Assembly: GCA_964016885.1 (NCBI GenBank) | Contig: OZ024745.1 | Span: 130,324,001-130,388,000, forward strand | Length of the DNA: 64,000 nt | DNA from: Eledone cirrhosa | Lineage: Eukaryota | Direction of reading: 5' to 3' | Shown here: positions 42,800-56,827 of the stretch, piece after piece | Numbering within the stretch: position 1 is the first letter of the stretch | Layout: each line of letters opens with the position of its first letter | Translations under genes and position numbers: made by a program | Notes under the pieces: generated by a model | Seen by the model: the letters and a program-made list of their open reading frames with translations, nothing else | Database searches by the model: none | What the model was told of the DNA's origin: nothing

Positions 42800-43881
42800 T
42801 ATATGTGGGGGGCGGTATATATGTATGTAAAAGGTAAACAGAAATAACAACTCAATCGGTACTGTATATGGAAGTAATATATTAGTTCAACGCTTCACAG
42901 AGCAGGAAGAGGGTCTTAACGTTTCGGGAGTTAGCCCTTGATAAAAAGAATGAATGAGAAATTAGAAAGATTGAAGCGACGGGCAGGACGGAATCGGAAA
43001 GAATGATTTTAGAGAAAAATTGCAGGTTCATTCATGTTGCAATCTCTTTGAAAACTGTTGATGTTGACGTTTTGTGTATGAGTATACTAATATCATTATG
43101 GAACCACATTTTGTTCGATTTCAACTTATTTTGGAAAGCAAAATTGTATTGATTAATATATTCAATTATTAATATATTCTGCATTGCTTTCAGCAAGGAC
43201 ATTCTCTGTGTCAACCACTTTATAGATGTCTTGTTTATAGAATCTCAGAAGTAGGAGAATCATGTTTGACCTTACCGTTGCCGTGTCCACGCATGTTGTT
43301 TGTAGCAATTCTTTGGAAAGAGAATCCAATATTCAGAAGGATATCTCTACGATTCTGAATAAAAGGTGACTTTACTGAATATCACACCGAAGAATAACTA
43401 GTTATTTAATAAAGCTAGTAGTTCTGACATTATTGTTGGAGATATAAATATTAAATTTAATCAATAGTCTCCCACACCGTATGTATATATGCATGCAAGT
43501 ATACATGTACGCATGTATGTACGTATGTATGCATGTATGCATGTACGTATGTACGTATGCATGTGTGCATGCATGTGTGTATGTATGTTGGTACATATGC
43601 AGATATCTATGTACACATGTATGCATGTATGCATGTATTTATATATGTATGCATGTACATGTATGTATGTACATACGTATGTATGTACGTATATATCTAT
43701 GTATGCATGTACATTTGTATGCATGTTTGGATATAAATATGTGTGTATGTACCAATGGATGTATATATGCATGTAAGTATGTATATATGTATGCATGTTT
43801 GTATGCATCTATGTATATATGTATGCATGTATGTTTGTCGGCATCTCTCTCTATATATATACATATATATATATATGTATA

Positions 43882-43949
<68 letters not shown>

Positions 43950-43962
43950 TAGATATATATAG

Positions 43963-44041
<79 letters not shown>

Positions 44042-44459
44042 CATGAGAGTATCAAAAGAATATATACATGGATACATTCTGGTAGAGAGACATTCATAAA
44101 ACAACACTGATACCTAATATAAAAGATGTTTATATTTATCTTGCCACCATTGTCTATCGAAGGTATTGTTATTATTCATGAATTTCCATTGGTTTTTACA
44201 TGGATTATATTTCAGTTCTATGTTGTTATCCTCAAGTCAAACCTACATTAACAAACATTTTTGATGACCCTAGTTTTTTGCATATATTCTGAAATTTGAA
44301 AAGGTGCATACATACATGTATATATATATATATTCATTAAGGATATAAATGGACTATATCTCTGTAAACACACACATACACACAAACATACACACACACG
44401 TGCATATGTGCGTGTGATATTGAAAATATTTTCGGAATATATATATATACGTATATATA

Positions 44460-44560
<101 letters not shown>

Positions 44561-44604
44561 GAATTTATTTATATATATGCATACATACACACACACACAC
44601 ACAT

Positions 44605-44800
<196 letters not shown>

Positions 44801-44810
44801 TATTTATATA

Positions 44811-44903
<93 letters not shown>

Positions 44904-44912
44904 ATATATACG

Positions 44913-44956
<44 letters not shown>

Positions 44957-44966
44957 TATTTATATA

Positions 44967-45039
<73 letters not shown>

Positions 45040-45313
45040 ATATATATATATTTATGTACTTGTGTGTGTGTTTCTGTTTAGTGTATACATATGTAAATGC
45101 AGATATAAAATGAGAACATTCTGTTAATTATCAGTGAAGGTTTAGATGGATGAAATTAAAACAAACTTATTTGTTTCTAAACAATGTCCTTTGATGTATA
45201 AACATAAAGAAAAAAAAGTTTCATAAACAAAAAGACATTTTCCTGATTACGATTTTCATACAACAGTCTTTGTAATTCTGTTTCTTTTCAATTTTTTCTT
45301 TTTTTTCTTTCAG

Positions 45314-45550
45314 CTGCCTTCTTGTCGAATTCTGAATCCTGGCTTGCTTGGTGCTGTAATGTAGTGGTACCCTACTCAAGGTGAACGTAACCCGACGAGG
45401 AATCTTGTCTGGAATCAGTGTGGTCATCCACATCAAAGCAGTCAAGATCGCTAGGATCCGTGACCATATTGCACACATTGGTTCAGAGTAAAAGAACTCA
45501 TTGTTATCTGTGTGGGGAAACTGGCCACACTAGAGATTTATACCTTCAGT
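45314..45550 (+). pseudogene. Possible decayed Mutator-like (MULE) transposase C-terminal zinc-knuckle region
   Basis: Broken frames give WYPTQGERNP..GHP / RIRDHI / HCYLCGETGHTR, similar to the MULE WP..G..P..GRP..RIRN.M..C..C...GH pattern. Preceded by a polypyrimidine tract and CAG. Stops in all frames. Confidence 0.35.
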
Positions 45551-46395
45551 AGAAGACAAAGAACCAGGGAGCCACATAACTACCAGCACAAGGACCCTAA
45601 CAGCCATAACAAGAAACACAACAAAAGTAAAAAATCAACAGCAGTGGCAGCAACCGCGATGACAGCAACAGTGACAGCAGACTAGCAAATACAGAAGCAG
45701 CAACAACAACACCAGCACCAGCACCAACAAAGAAATTGGCATCAACAGCAGCAAAAGAGGCACCAACAGCAGAATGAAAAACAATAGCATTGAGTTCAGT
45801 TTTCAATATGTGTCTAAATCTTCTGAATATCGTACAAGATTATACGTTGCAACATGATCATATCTCCAGCTTTTTATCCTTTTCTACAACTATCTTGCAC
45901 TCAGATACTTAGAACGATACATCGGTTATGATGGCTTCTTATTATGATAGCTCCTGACAATAATGTGTAGACGAGTAAAGCAATTGCTAATCTCATAATA
46001 TACAGCTCTTTTCAATAGGATAAACCTTTTCTATTAGTAATTTATAATGCTGGCATAACATCCAGTATATCGGAAAAATCAACTCTGGGGAAGTGTGATC
46101 AATTTTCTCTAATAAAGCATTTGATATGTTTGCAATGGCTTAATGTATTATGCCTTATTACACGCGTTTGCGGGTTTCTAGTGTCAAGGATTTAATTAGT
46201 TTCTTTCATCCGTCTCTACTCTTCAGTACTATGAATTTTCTTTCCCTATTTCTACTCTGTGTAGGTATATGCCTTCTTCTAAGGTCTTTTCATGTCGTGG
46301 CTTTATCTTGGCACTCTGTAACCGTATTTCTAGTTCTCTCACATTCTAAGTTATTATTTCACAGTTCTGCTAACAAAATGTCCGTTACTGCACAT

Positions 46396-46449
<54 letters not shown>

Positions 46450-46494
46450 CAAGTGATAAAATGAATCTCTATCTCTCTGTCTGTTTATCGCTCT

Positions 46495-46578
<84 letters not shown>

Positions 46579-47539
46579 CGAGAGAGATACTTAGAGCGAT
46601 AAACAGACAGAGAGATAGAGATTCATGTTATCACTTGTAATATAATTTTTACCATATATGTTTTATAACGTATTACATGAAACCAATTTAAAAATGTGTT
46701 TGATTTATATTTTGCTTTACTTATCTTATAATGATATTTTTTTAAAGATTATTCATGATATCGTTAAATTAAAAACTAATAACAAGAATCTCATTTATTA
46801 TTCTATATAGAATAAATTTCTAATATACAAAACAACACACAAAAACGAAAGTAAATACGAGATTCACTTTGTTTGAAGTTCCTGAGTGCAAATTTCTAAA
46901 TTCATTTGAAAATTTGGGGGTTTTGGTAATCAAATTGTTTCATATATATGATATTTAAAAATATTTCATAAAATATGTAACAGAAATTGTTTAACAGTAT
47001 TCTGTTCATTATAGGTAATTCTGTATATTTGAGTGAAATGCAACATTTAAGTTAAGTTTTATTTCGACACCCTGTAATTTATGTGTATATTTTTATAGGT
47101 AAAAAGCCAAATTCATGTGTAGATCTTTTTTTCAATAATTCTATTTGCAGTTTGAAGGTAGTACACATTACAGTGCTCAAAGACTGCCAAACACAATTGT
47201 CTGTGGTTATTACATTAAATATTCAATTTTAACACACCAAATATTGCTATGGTTTTAATGAAATTGGGAAAGCGAAAGACATACCAGAATAGATTACTCT
47301 GTGGCAGATGTAATGGAGACTGGCAGACAGAGAAGAATTATTCAAATATAGAGGGCCCATGAAAAGATTTGCTGTATAGATTCCGATTGAAGACAGAAAT
47401 ACTTGGGGAAAATTTTTTTTTTCCTCGTGGCATGAAATGTTGTTCTGTTGATGCATTTTCGCACCTGGTCTCTCTGATTGTGCCTACAATAGATTTGCAG
47501 AAGATCTATAACAAAAGCTCTCTTGTTTAATCATAATTC

Positions 47540-48151
47540 ATGGGGATAAGCTGAACATTTCATAGGCTGACTATGAAGGGGTGATGTTAATGCTGTGAAA
47601 TACTGCATTAATTAATTTAAACTCTTCTGAATAATAACTGCATTGCTTTTTTTTTTTTTTTTTTTTCAGGGTCTAAGTTGAAAAATAAACCTTATTTGGT
47701 CACTCCATTAGAGTATCTTAATCAGCCTATGAAGTAGTAATGCTAGGGCTGTGGAATCTTGCATCCATTAATTTCAACCCTCATTAATAACTGCATTGTT
47801 TCATTCCAGGGACTATGTGGAAAGATAAACCTTATTTATGAGAGTAGCTTGTTCAGCCCACAAAGGAGTGAAGCTAGGGTTATGAAATCTCGCATGAATT
47901 AATTAATTAATCAATCCGGCCGAGGTTAACTTTGCCTTTCATCCTTACGGGGTCGATAAAATAAAGTACCAGTAATGCACTGGGTAATTGCTGGCCTTGT
48001 GCCAAAAGTAGAAACAATTATTAATAACTACATTCTTTCTTTTTTTTTCAGAGACTATGTTGAAAAATAAACCTCATTTGGGCATTCTATGAGAGTATCT
48101 TTACCAGTCTATGATCTTTTCAGACTATTAATTTTTCAGCCGATCCTCGTA
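47540..48151. mobile_element. Mariner-derived MITE-like element with ~140-bp internal tandem units, interrupted by an S1 SINE (47915-48023)
   Basis: Ends GGGGATAAGCTGAACATTTCATAGGCTG / TTTTCAGCCGATCCTCGTA. The unit TAACTGCATT...CAGGG.CTA.GTTGAAAAATAAACCTTATTT...GAGAGTATCTT occurs three times. Confidence 0.55.
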
Positions 48152-48545
48152 TTTGAATCTAACTTACTAATTCTTTCGGATGCAGAACTATGGTGTAAAG
48201 GATGATGGGGTAATTAGCCACATACGCATGTAATATATAAACAATTCCATGTGTATTTTTGATAGAACTCTCTCATTTAGGAAAGCATGTGTTATAGTGT
48301 GCTGCAAATGGGATTTGTAGCAGTTTGAGGATATTGAGAGAAATGAACATATTCCATCCTCAATTTTATAGTTTGAAGAGTTTTCAATGTTGATGCAAAT
48401 CTTCAGTTAGTGACAGATTCTGATTTCTTTGCTATTTAATTCTTTTAATTAGATCAGGGACGTGTCTGTTTGCATGCATGTGCATGTGCTTGTGTACATG
48501 ATTATCTATCTGTCTATATATATCTTTCTCCCTCTCTCTCACTCC

Positions 48546-48626
<81 letters not shown>

Positions 48627-48857
48627 GTATATATATTTATTTATTTATATATATATATATGCCTACCGCATACGGACGCTTTAAGCATCAAACACCAATT
48701 AAATATATATATATATATATATTAGAAAGTGAGGTTTTTTTACAAAATGAAAAATAACCGAGGTGTCCTACACGAGTGAAAGTATAAAGAAAAAGAGATG
48801 AAATCGAAAATGCAACTGGAGTCTTTTTTTTTTTTAAATATATATATTTATTTGATT

Positions 48858-48895
48858 CCTTTACCGGTTTCGCAGTTCTTCTGCTTTTCAAAAGG
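48858..48895 (-). ncRNA. 38-nt hammerhead, U3-A8 core variant
   Basis: Minus: CCTT-TTGAAAA-GCAG-AAGAA-CTGC-GAAA-CCGG-TA-AAGG. Confidence 0.82.
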
Positions 48896-48967
48896 TGAGT
48901 TGAGATGGAGGGTCTGTGGTTTTTCTCACAGATGTGAGAAAAACCACAGACCCTCCATCTCAACTCA

Positions 48968-49005
48968 CCTTTTGAAAAGCAGAAGAACTGCGAAACCGGT
49001 AAAGG
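48968..49005 (+). ncRNA. 38-nt hammerhead, U3-A8 core variant
   Basis: CCTT-TTGAAAA-GCAG-AAGAA-CTGC-GAAA-CCGG-TA-AAGG. Stem III ACCGGT palindrome, GUA triplet. Confidence 0.82.
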
Positions 49006-49213
49006 AATCAAATAAATATATATATTTAAAAAAAAAAAAGACTCCAGTTGCATTTTCGATTTCATCTCTTTTTCTATATATATATATATATATATATAGT
49101 TATTTTATACATATGAAGTATTTAGTGATATATTTTCTTCCTAACAGCTCCTTTTATCTCTATTAATAGCGTTGACCAGAAATTCTACATTTCGCATTGC
49201 GTACCTTCTGATG

Positions 49214-49329
<116 letters not shown>

Positions 49330-51018
49330 TAAGCTGTTAGAAAGAAAATATATCACTAAATACTTCATGTGAATAATTCTTTCTGTTGCTGTTGATTTTT
49401 GTTTTGTTCTTAAGTCAGTTGCAATCTATCAGACCTATGACTAATGCTGTCGTTTTTATTCAGCTATCGTATATCTATAATTATAATATTCTATGCTTTT
49501 CTTTTTTGATTTGAAATATATTTATCTATTTATTCTAACAAATCGACTGGTCACGTACATGATCTACCGTTGAGTCATACTGAATTTCCAGGGAATAAAT
49601 ATCACAATATGTCATCTCCCTAACTACATCACAACTTTCAGTTTACCATAGCATATATCTTCATGACCTGTGATATGCAAAAGTTTGATATATTAACATC
49701 TAGGCTATGAAACATTTCAAGATGGATAACTTATCTTCACACGGTCAAAAGCTAATGCTTTCACTTCTTCTCTACAGAAGAAAAAATCATTAGTTCACAT
49801 AAAAATAGTTTCTGTAAACAGTAATAGAAGATGTGATCTATTGATAGGTATTTTGAAATAGATAGATGAATATTTGATAAGAATGAAAAAACATAAAAAG
49901 AAAACTAAGAGAAAAATAATTAAAAATAAATTTTAGATATAAAGATATGGGAGAAAAAAAAACTACGCAGCTCATAAGATTTAAAAAGAATGACGTTCAT
50001 CAGGCAGCGACAAAGTAGCTTCAGAAATGACAGTACAACTCAAGTCAATGAAATTACGTGTCGGAACAAGGTGAAAGTAATTTAGATTCGACATCTACGA
50101 TTATAATCAGTGTAAATTAGAAAACTCAATATAAAAGATTCCTTTGGGCAAATATTCTGTAACGGGAACAGGTTGGTTACAGGTATATTTTTAGACATTA
50201 CAAAAGAGCTGTAATTATGCGCAAGCTAAAGGCAGTGACAGAACTCGGTAAGAGGTGTAAGGCAATTAGATTGCTTCATTTTTCATGACAACCGCATGAC
50301 GGTCGATTCTAAAGGGTTATAACCTCTCCAAGTTATAACCTCTCCAACATAAAATAGAACACTTTTCATAGAAAGTCATACATAATAGATTTACTACATT
50401 CCACTATTGTGTTGCCACTAGTGCTGTAATGTAGTTAAAACCATACACATAGATAATTCACAAACACAAAAACACGCATGCATACACACACTGACACACA
50501 GACTGACACACACACACACACTGACACACATACACAGACACAAACACACAAACACACTCACACACAAATGCAGAGACGCATGTTTGTACATATATATGTA
50601 TGATTGTATGTGTATATGTATATTGTATATGTATATTGTAAGTGCAATTCTATACACTCAAGATAAATAACTAGAAATTTCGAGACATACGTGCGTGGTT
50701 GATACGATATATTTATAATGACCCTGTGAACAAACAGGCAAACTTCCTGAGTATATATGTTTGCCAGTAATCAAAAAGATGCATAGAAATAAATATAGAT
50801 ACATACATTGATTGCTATGCTATATAACCACAACAGAAACAGAAACCAATCTCAATTTTACTTTGGAAAGCATAAGAACTGCGAAACCGGTAAAGTAAAG
50901 AAATAAATATTCTAAAAGACCCCAGTTGCGTTTTCGATTTCTTTTCCTTATACTTTCACCGGTGTAGGCCATCTCATTTTTTTTCTTTTGCTTTTAAAAA
51001 AAGAACTCAATTTTCTTT

Positions 51019-51069
<51 letters not shown>

Positions 51070-52145
51070 TAGACCTGAAAAATGCGCAAGCTCAAAAGAG
51101 CCAAAGAATGTTATAATAAACCTTCAAAACTGTGGGACTAGAGTTGTTGCTCAAAAATATTGTAATTATTTATCTATCGTACACTCTGTGGTATCCTTTT
51201 ATAAACAAGAGACTCATAACGAACTCAAGACGACACGATAATTATTTAAGCTAATGTTCAATATCACATATTAGATGTTTAGTAATAATTAATACGAAAT
51301 GCACTTAAACCGAATTCTATATTATAAATTCACTTAAATAATTATTGTATCGTCCTGAGTTGATTATAAAAGGATGCCACAGTGTGTACGATAGATAATG
51401 ATTAATTAATATTTTTTTAAGGCAACGCTTGTAATAACTCTAGTTCAACATGATATATATTAATAATAAATTATCGTTGTAATGTAATTAGATTATATAA
51501 TTGTTATTTCATAAATGTTATTGTGAGATGTATAAAAATATTTTCAGACTTTTACTAGTTAATATAAATTTTAAAAATCATGTATAAATTAACAATATAA
51601 CTTACCAAAACGAGGAAAATATTTTGATGATAAAACGACGAAATACTGGAGGAAGATTCGAAAGGGAAACGATAAATAAACGTGGACACAAAGTGGCGGA
51701 TGCTTTTGAGCAACAATTACGCTCGTTGGTTGAGTAGCCAATAAGACGATGAAATTAGCCAATAAGACGATACATTACAAAAGATGTTTGGGAGGCATCA
51801 CCACGGCCAGCGATACACCTTGAAATTTGTATTCACAAGCTACGCATGTATGTCACATCACACAGACACGCATACTTAAAACATTCTGTTGTTAGCCACT
51901 GCGTGTCTAACAGATATATATAGAAAAGAAAATTGTGTTGTTTTTTTTAAAGCAGAAGAAAAAAAATGAGATGTCCTACACGGTTGCAACAGTCCAGAAA
52001 TAGCCGTCGAAACGGGTTGAGCTCTGCCGTCGGGGTTAAACATTTTCCCATATATGTATATATTTATATATATATATAACAACACAATCGGTACAGTATA
52101 TGGAAGGAATATATTAGGTTAACGCTTGAAAATGCATGAAAAGAA

Positions 52146-52181
52146 TCTTAACGTTTCGGACGCTAGTCCTTCAGCAGAAGA
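52146..52181 (-). ncRNA. Hammerhead remnant (A6C), family also at 42845-43040
   Basis: Minus: TCTT-CTGCTGA-A-GGAC-TAGC-GTCC-GAAA-CG-TT-AAGA. Confidence 0.6.
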
Positions 52182-53335
52182 AAGAATGAGAAATAAGATA
52201 GATTGAAGGGAAGGGCGGGGTTGGATTGGAATAAATGTTTTTAGATAAAAATAGCAGGTCCATTCATGATGACATCTGGTTGGAATTTCGGAATAAATTT
52301 TTCGGTGGATGATCACATTTTCGGCCGGGATATTCCATTAGCTGAGAGATGAGAAATATGATCCATTATTCTTGGTCCGATTTGCCGAGTAACAACATTC
52401 ATTTATTGAGGGGTATATAAGAACACATCTCTCGTATGTCGGGCGAGTCCGTTTAAGCATTTGGCTTGATATAAACAAATTACTTTCAAATATCATAAAT
52501 AGTATTTTCTTTTTGATTATACCCGGATAAAATTGAATGTAATTTTAACAAATTTATGTTACACCCAATTGTATTTAAATCTAATGGAAATACTATTTTA
52601 CAGAAAAGAAACACATACATGTGTGTGTATGTGTGTGTATTTTTGTGTGTGCGTGTGTGCGTGTGTGTTTGTGTGTTTGTGCGTGCGTGTGTGTGAGTCC
52701 CAGGCTACATTAGTAGAGAGTAAACATCAAATTTAATATCGAAATGGCTTCTAAATGAATACATGTTTAAATATATAAAGACAGAGAGAGAGAGAGAGAG
52801 AAGATAGATGACGGGGGCGAAGGGGGGGGGGGGAGAGGAGAGAGTCAGACAGAGATAGAGATTGTAATTATTTATTTTAGCCGAAGAATAGATATTAAAG
52901 ATAATTGTAAAAGCCGTCGTTCTAATTCATATAAGCTTATCAAGAAAACAATACGAGTAAACAATCCAGGCGAGATTCTAAATAGTTCATGTTTAACAGT
53001 CATTCACACCCTACATCGCCACATTTTCAGACGCATTATGAAAAATATATTTTTCATATCTCTCAAGACAATTTTTGTAAATACAAGTGCGTCACTCTAT
53101 GAGTTTTTATCGATTAATATAGAATATTGATATATTAAAATATTATTGACATATAAATATATTATTGACATATAAATATATATATGTGTGTGTGTAGAAG
53201 AAAAATAACGACAGCGGCGACAGTGGGGAAGCAAAGGAAGAGAAAACATACAAGAAGGGGGAGAAGGAGGAGGAGGAGGAGGAGGAGGAGAAGAAGAAAA
53301 AGAAGAAGAAGAAGAAGAAGAAGAAGAAGAAGAAG

Positions 53336-53397
<62 letters not shown>

Positions 53398-53503
53398 CTG
53401 TTGTAAGGTTCATGCTAGAGTTTGTTTTGGTGGCTGTGATGAAAGTGGTGGCATCTGTGCGAAGAATTTAATATATTATATCCATCTATTTATCTATTAT
53501 TTC

Positions 53504-54266
53504 GAGCTGCAGTCCTGGGTCAAGCAAAGACCGAGGAAAATGGGCGACTGGCACATCGAATGTGCTCAGGCGCTCACAGTCCTCTGGCAAACGGACCCGG
53601 CGATCAGTGGAGACTCCACTTCGACATTCTATAGAGGGTTGGTCCGCAGCAAGTGCGACGACACGCTCGGAGAAACTTTAGGCGTAGAGGAGGACGAACT
53701 GGCGAGTCTGTTCGGTAGGACCATCCGCCCGAGACCAATGGACATCTTCCAAAGGTCCCTGGCCTGACAGTGCTACCGAGGAGCTCTACCAGTTCGAGAC
53801 AAGCTCTACAGACACGGGCGCCCGGGTAGGGACCCTTCGAAAAAGATCTGTCCGAGATGCGTGCGCGACGGGGAAACCGTCGCACACGCATTTGTACACT
53901 GCCCGGCCGTTACCGACATGTGGGGCTATGTAGAACGACTATTGTCGTGGGTGGGACTAATCCATTTGACCACCGAGTCCATTGTCATGATCAAACCGCC
54001 ACCCTCCTTCAAAGACGAGGGAGAGGCGGTTTTCCTATGTGTTATGGCTATGGTGAAAGAGGTTATATGGTGGACGAGGTTAAAAGGGCTAAGGTCAGAC
54101 ACCTTTCTCTCCGGCGAGCAACTGATTCGTTTTTTTCAAATATCATTTTGGAAGAAGAATCAGGATGGAGAGAGAGGTGCTGTACCCCAGCAAATTTTAT
54201 AAAAGGTGGGTGAATGTGGCAAAGATGCCCCGAGTGGTTGGGCCTACTCTCTATATAAGCCTGTAG
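53504..54266 (+). pseudogene. LINE ORF2 C-terminus with zf-RVT-type CCHC motif
   Basis: ...FQRSLA*QCYRGALPVRDKLYRHG...CPRCVRDGETVAHAFVHCP...W. In-frame TGA at 53765 replaces the expected Trp, and there are frameshifts near the 3' end. Confidence 0.82.
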
Positions 54267-54630
54267 GTTGAGGAAAAAGAGGAAGAGAGTAAGGGAGTAC
54301 TCACTCTTGGTGCTCATGGAGATGAGCGTTGTACATTTTTTCGGGGTGTGTAAAACCCCTGTGTAACCCCCCCCCCCCCCTATTGGTGATATCAATTGTT
54401 ATTTTTTATTTTATTAATAGTTTTATTTTCATATACCTGTATGTAAACTCCCCATTTCTATTTGTCACCTTCTTTTGTGCCGTTATGGCTAATAAAGAAA
54501 TTTATTTAACATTTTACACGTTTTTATTGTATGTAAACTCCCCCCTTTGTAATTGTCCCCTTCTTTTGTGCCCCTGCGGCTAACAAAGAAACATATCTAT
54601 CTATCTATCTATCTATCTAACTATCTATCA
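53504..54630 (+). mobile_element. 5'-truncated Tx1/L1-clade LINE 3' end with duplicated 3' UTR segment and (TATC)n tail
   Basis: GC-rich ORF2 remnant, then a UTR with GTATGTAAACTCCCC...CTTCTTTTGTGCC...GGCTAA.AAAGAAA twice, then (TATC)n. Confidence 0.8.
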
Positions 54631-54631
54631 A

Positions 54632-54809
54632 TCATTGGTGAATTGGCAGTATCGGTAGAAGGTCGGACGCCATGCTTTCTAGCATAGTTACGTCCCTTTA
54701 CGGTCAAAACCCGTCGAGGTTAACTTTTCCTTTCATCCTTACGGGGTCGATAAAATAAAGTACCAGTAATGTACTGGGTAATTACAGGCCTTGTGCCAAA
54801 AGTAGAAAC

Positions 54810-54814
<5 letters not shown>
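54632..54814 (+). mobile_element. SINE family S1
   Basis: Close match to 16198-16387 and, in reverse, to 62658-62850. Confidence 0.85.
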
Positions 54815-54884
<70 letters not shown>

Positions 54885-54987
54885 CACTATCCAAGAACTA
54901 TACGAGAATAGTCACGAAAACAGAAACCTTTGCCACTCAAATATCTCTCCCATACGCATCACATAGATTGAGAAATTCAAAACATCA

Positions 54988-55045
<58 letters not shown>

Positions 55046-55292
55046 GAAGTGTTAAAACGATCGAATTTTAGTTTAGAGCATTTATTTGCTGACAATTGTT
55101 ACTTCCAGAGGTAAGACTAAATTCATCGGAGCTATAGGAATGTCGAAACATGTTACTTAAATCCTAATCATTTAAAACATATAGGGTACATAATTGTTAT
55201 TGCATTGAGCCTTTTGTCATACCGGTAACGGGCCAGTACTTAGTACTACCCTACTTATTTATAGTTATATCAAACATATATAAATATATATA

Positions 55293-55550
55293 TAGGAAAA
55301 AGTTTAACCCCGACGGCAGAGCTCAACCCATTTCGACGGCTATTTCTAGACTGAAATATCCGTCGAAACGGCTTGATAACTGCCGTCAGGGTTAAACTTT
55401 TTCCTATTACCCACTCTACTACGCTAAAGTATTGAGTATAGTAGAGTGGGTAATAGGAAAAGCTTCAAGACCCCGACGGTTGAGTTCCGGCCGTTTCGAT
55501 AGCAAGAACCGAAACGGCCGGAGCTCGGCCGTCGACGTCCTGACTCTTTT

Positions 55551-55553
<3 letters not shown>
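55293..55553. mobile_element. Two adjacent family A fold-back fragments
   Basis: Alternating orientations with junctions near 55352, 55430 and 55505. Confidence 0.8.
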
Positions 55554-55638
<85 letters not shown>

Positions 55639-55641
<3 letters not shown>

Positions 55642-56730
55642 TAAAGAAAACGAAAAATCCGTGATGCATCTGGACTTAATTTTTTGCGTGTGACAATTGT
55701 TTCGCCGGCAGGTAGCTCGAGACATGATCCTTGTATGGATCTGGCTGATTCTACTTCTGCAGGTTCTTTCAGACAAGGGTATTTCATATATACATATACC
55801 TACGAATATGCCGACATATATACATCTACATATGCATACGCACACGTGCTGCCACATGCATACACCTGCACATATGCATATTTGCCTACACACACATGTG
55901 CTTCCACATATACAAATATAAACAAAACCGTAAATTAAAAGTTAATTAAAAGTTTAAAATACATTATACAATAAAAAACACAATATACCATAAACTAACG
56001 GTAAATTACTGTAATATAAAATATAATATATAACACATGATACATGGCGCGATTTAAGCAGCCGTCATAAGGCTTGTGGAGATATGTATCTACAGGTGGG
56101 TGTGACTGGGTCCGTGGAAGTGAGGGAGAGAGTGTGTATGTATATATACATATGTGTGTGTATGTGGGGGTGTGGGTGTCTGCGCATGTAGGCGTACATG
56201 TGTGGATGCATACATATGTCAGTGTCTGCATGTGTGTGTGTATGTGTGTGTATATTAGTATGTGTGGGTGCTTACTCTGAAGTGTGAACAGACGCGTGAG
56301 ATGCTGAACCCAGCATGACTCCATCGAAATGTGTCGGACGGAAAATGGCTGATGACCCGTGTGGCAGTAATACTGACCAGAACTTGTGATGACGTGGAGT
56401 AAAAATAGCCAATGGCATGACAAGAGTGGAAGTAGGGTTTTTTAGTGTGTTTTTGATGATAACACCCCAGTGATAGAATTTGCTCCAAACTAAATACCCG
56501 TGTCTGAAAGGACCTGCAAAAGTAGAATCAGCTAGATCCATACAAGGACCATGTCTCGAGCTACCTGCCGGCGAAACAATTGTAACACGCAATAAATTAA
56601 GTCCAGATGCATCACTGATTTTTTTATTTCTTTTTACTATCTACACTCTACTCTGCTGAATATCGAGTGCTAATTTTGGCATACCGCCAACGGAAGCACC
56701 ATAGCTACCATTATACACAACTATCAACCC
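55639..56730 (+). mobile_element. Family D PLE-like copy with inverted pLTR arms and ~700-bp spacer
   Basis: Arms 55639-55783 and 56492-56640. HHR-like motifs at 55687-55777 (minus, CTGAAAGA...GAAA-CAATTG-TC) and 56499-56589 (plus, CTGAAAGG...GAAA-CAATTG-TA). Confidence 0.8.
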
Positions 56731-56757
56731 TTATTATATATATATATAGTATTTTGA

Positions 56758-56827
<70 letters not shown>

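Larger units (their letters stand above)
48660..49075. mobile_element. Family G fold-back element, essentially perfect 288-bp palindrome 48788-49075
   Basis: Arms mirror around 48931/48932. Other family G pieces at 50850-51020 and 51876-51985. Confidence 0.92.

Noticed and set aside
48688-49166. Near-identical ORFs on both strands
   Set aside because: A by-product of the DNA palindrome.
53265-53398. (GAA)n(CAA)n compound tract, also at 23492-23604, as a poly-E/poly-Q exon
   Set aside because: The flanks are not homologous and there is no coding context. It is explained by a G>C change followed by slippage.
53765-53767. In-frame TGA as possible selenocysteine or readthrough
   Set aside because: It sits at the expected Trp of a LINE zf-RVT region (TGG>TGA) in a copy that also has frameshifts.
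55088-55132. CCGATGA...GTAA-CAATTG-TC hammerhead-like relic on the minus strand
   Set aside because: Two core mutations and no stem II. Probably a dead copy and too degraded to call.
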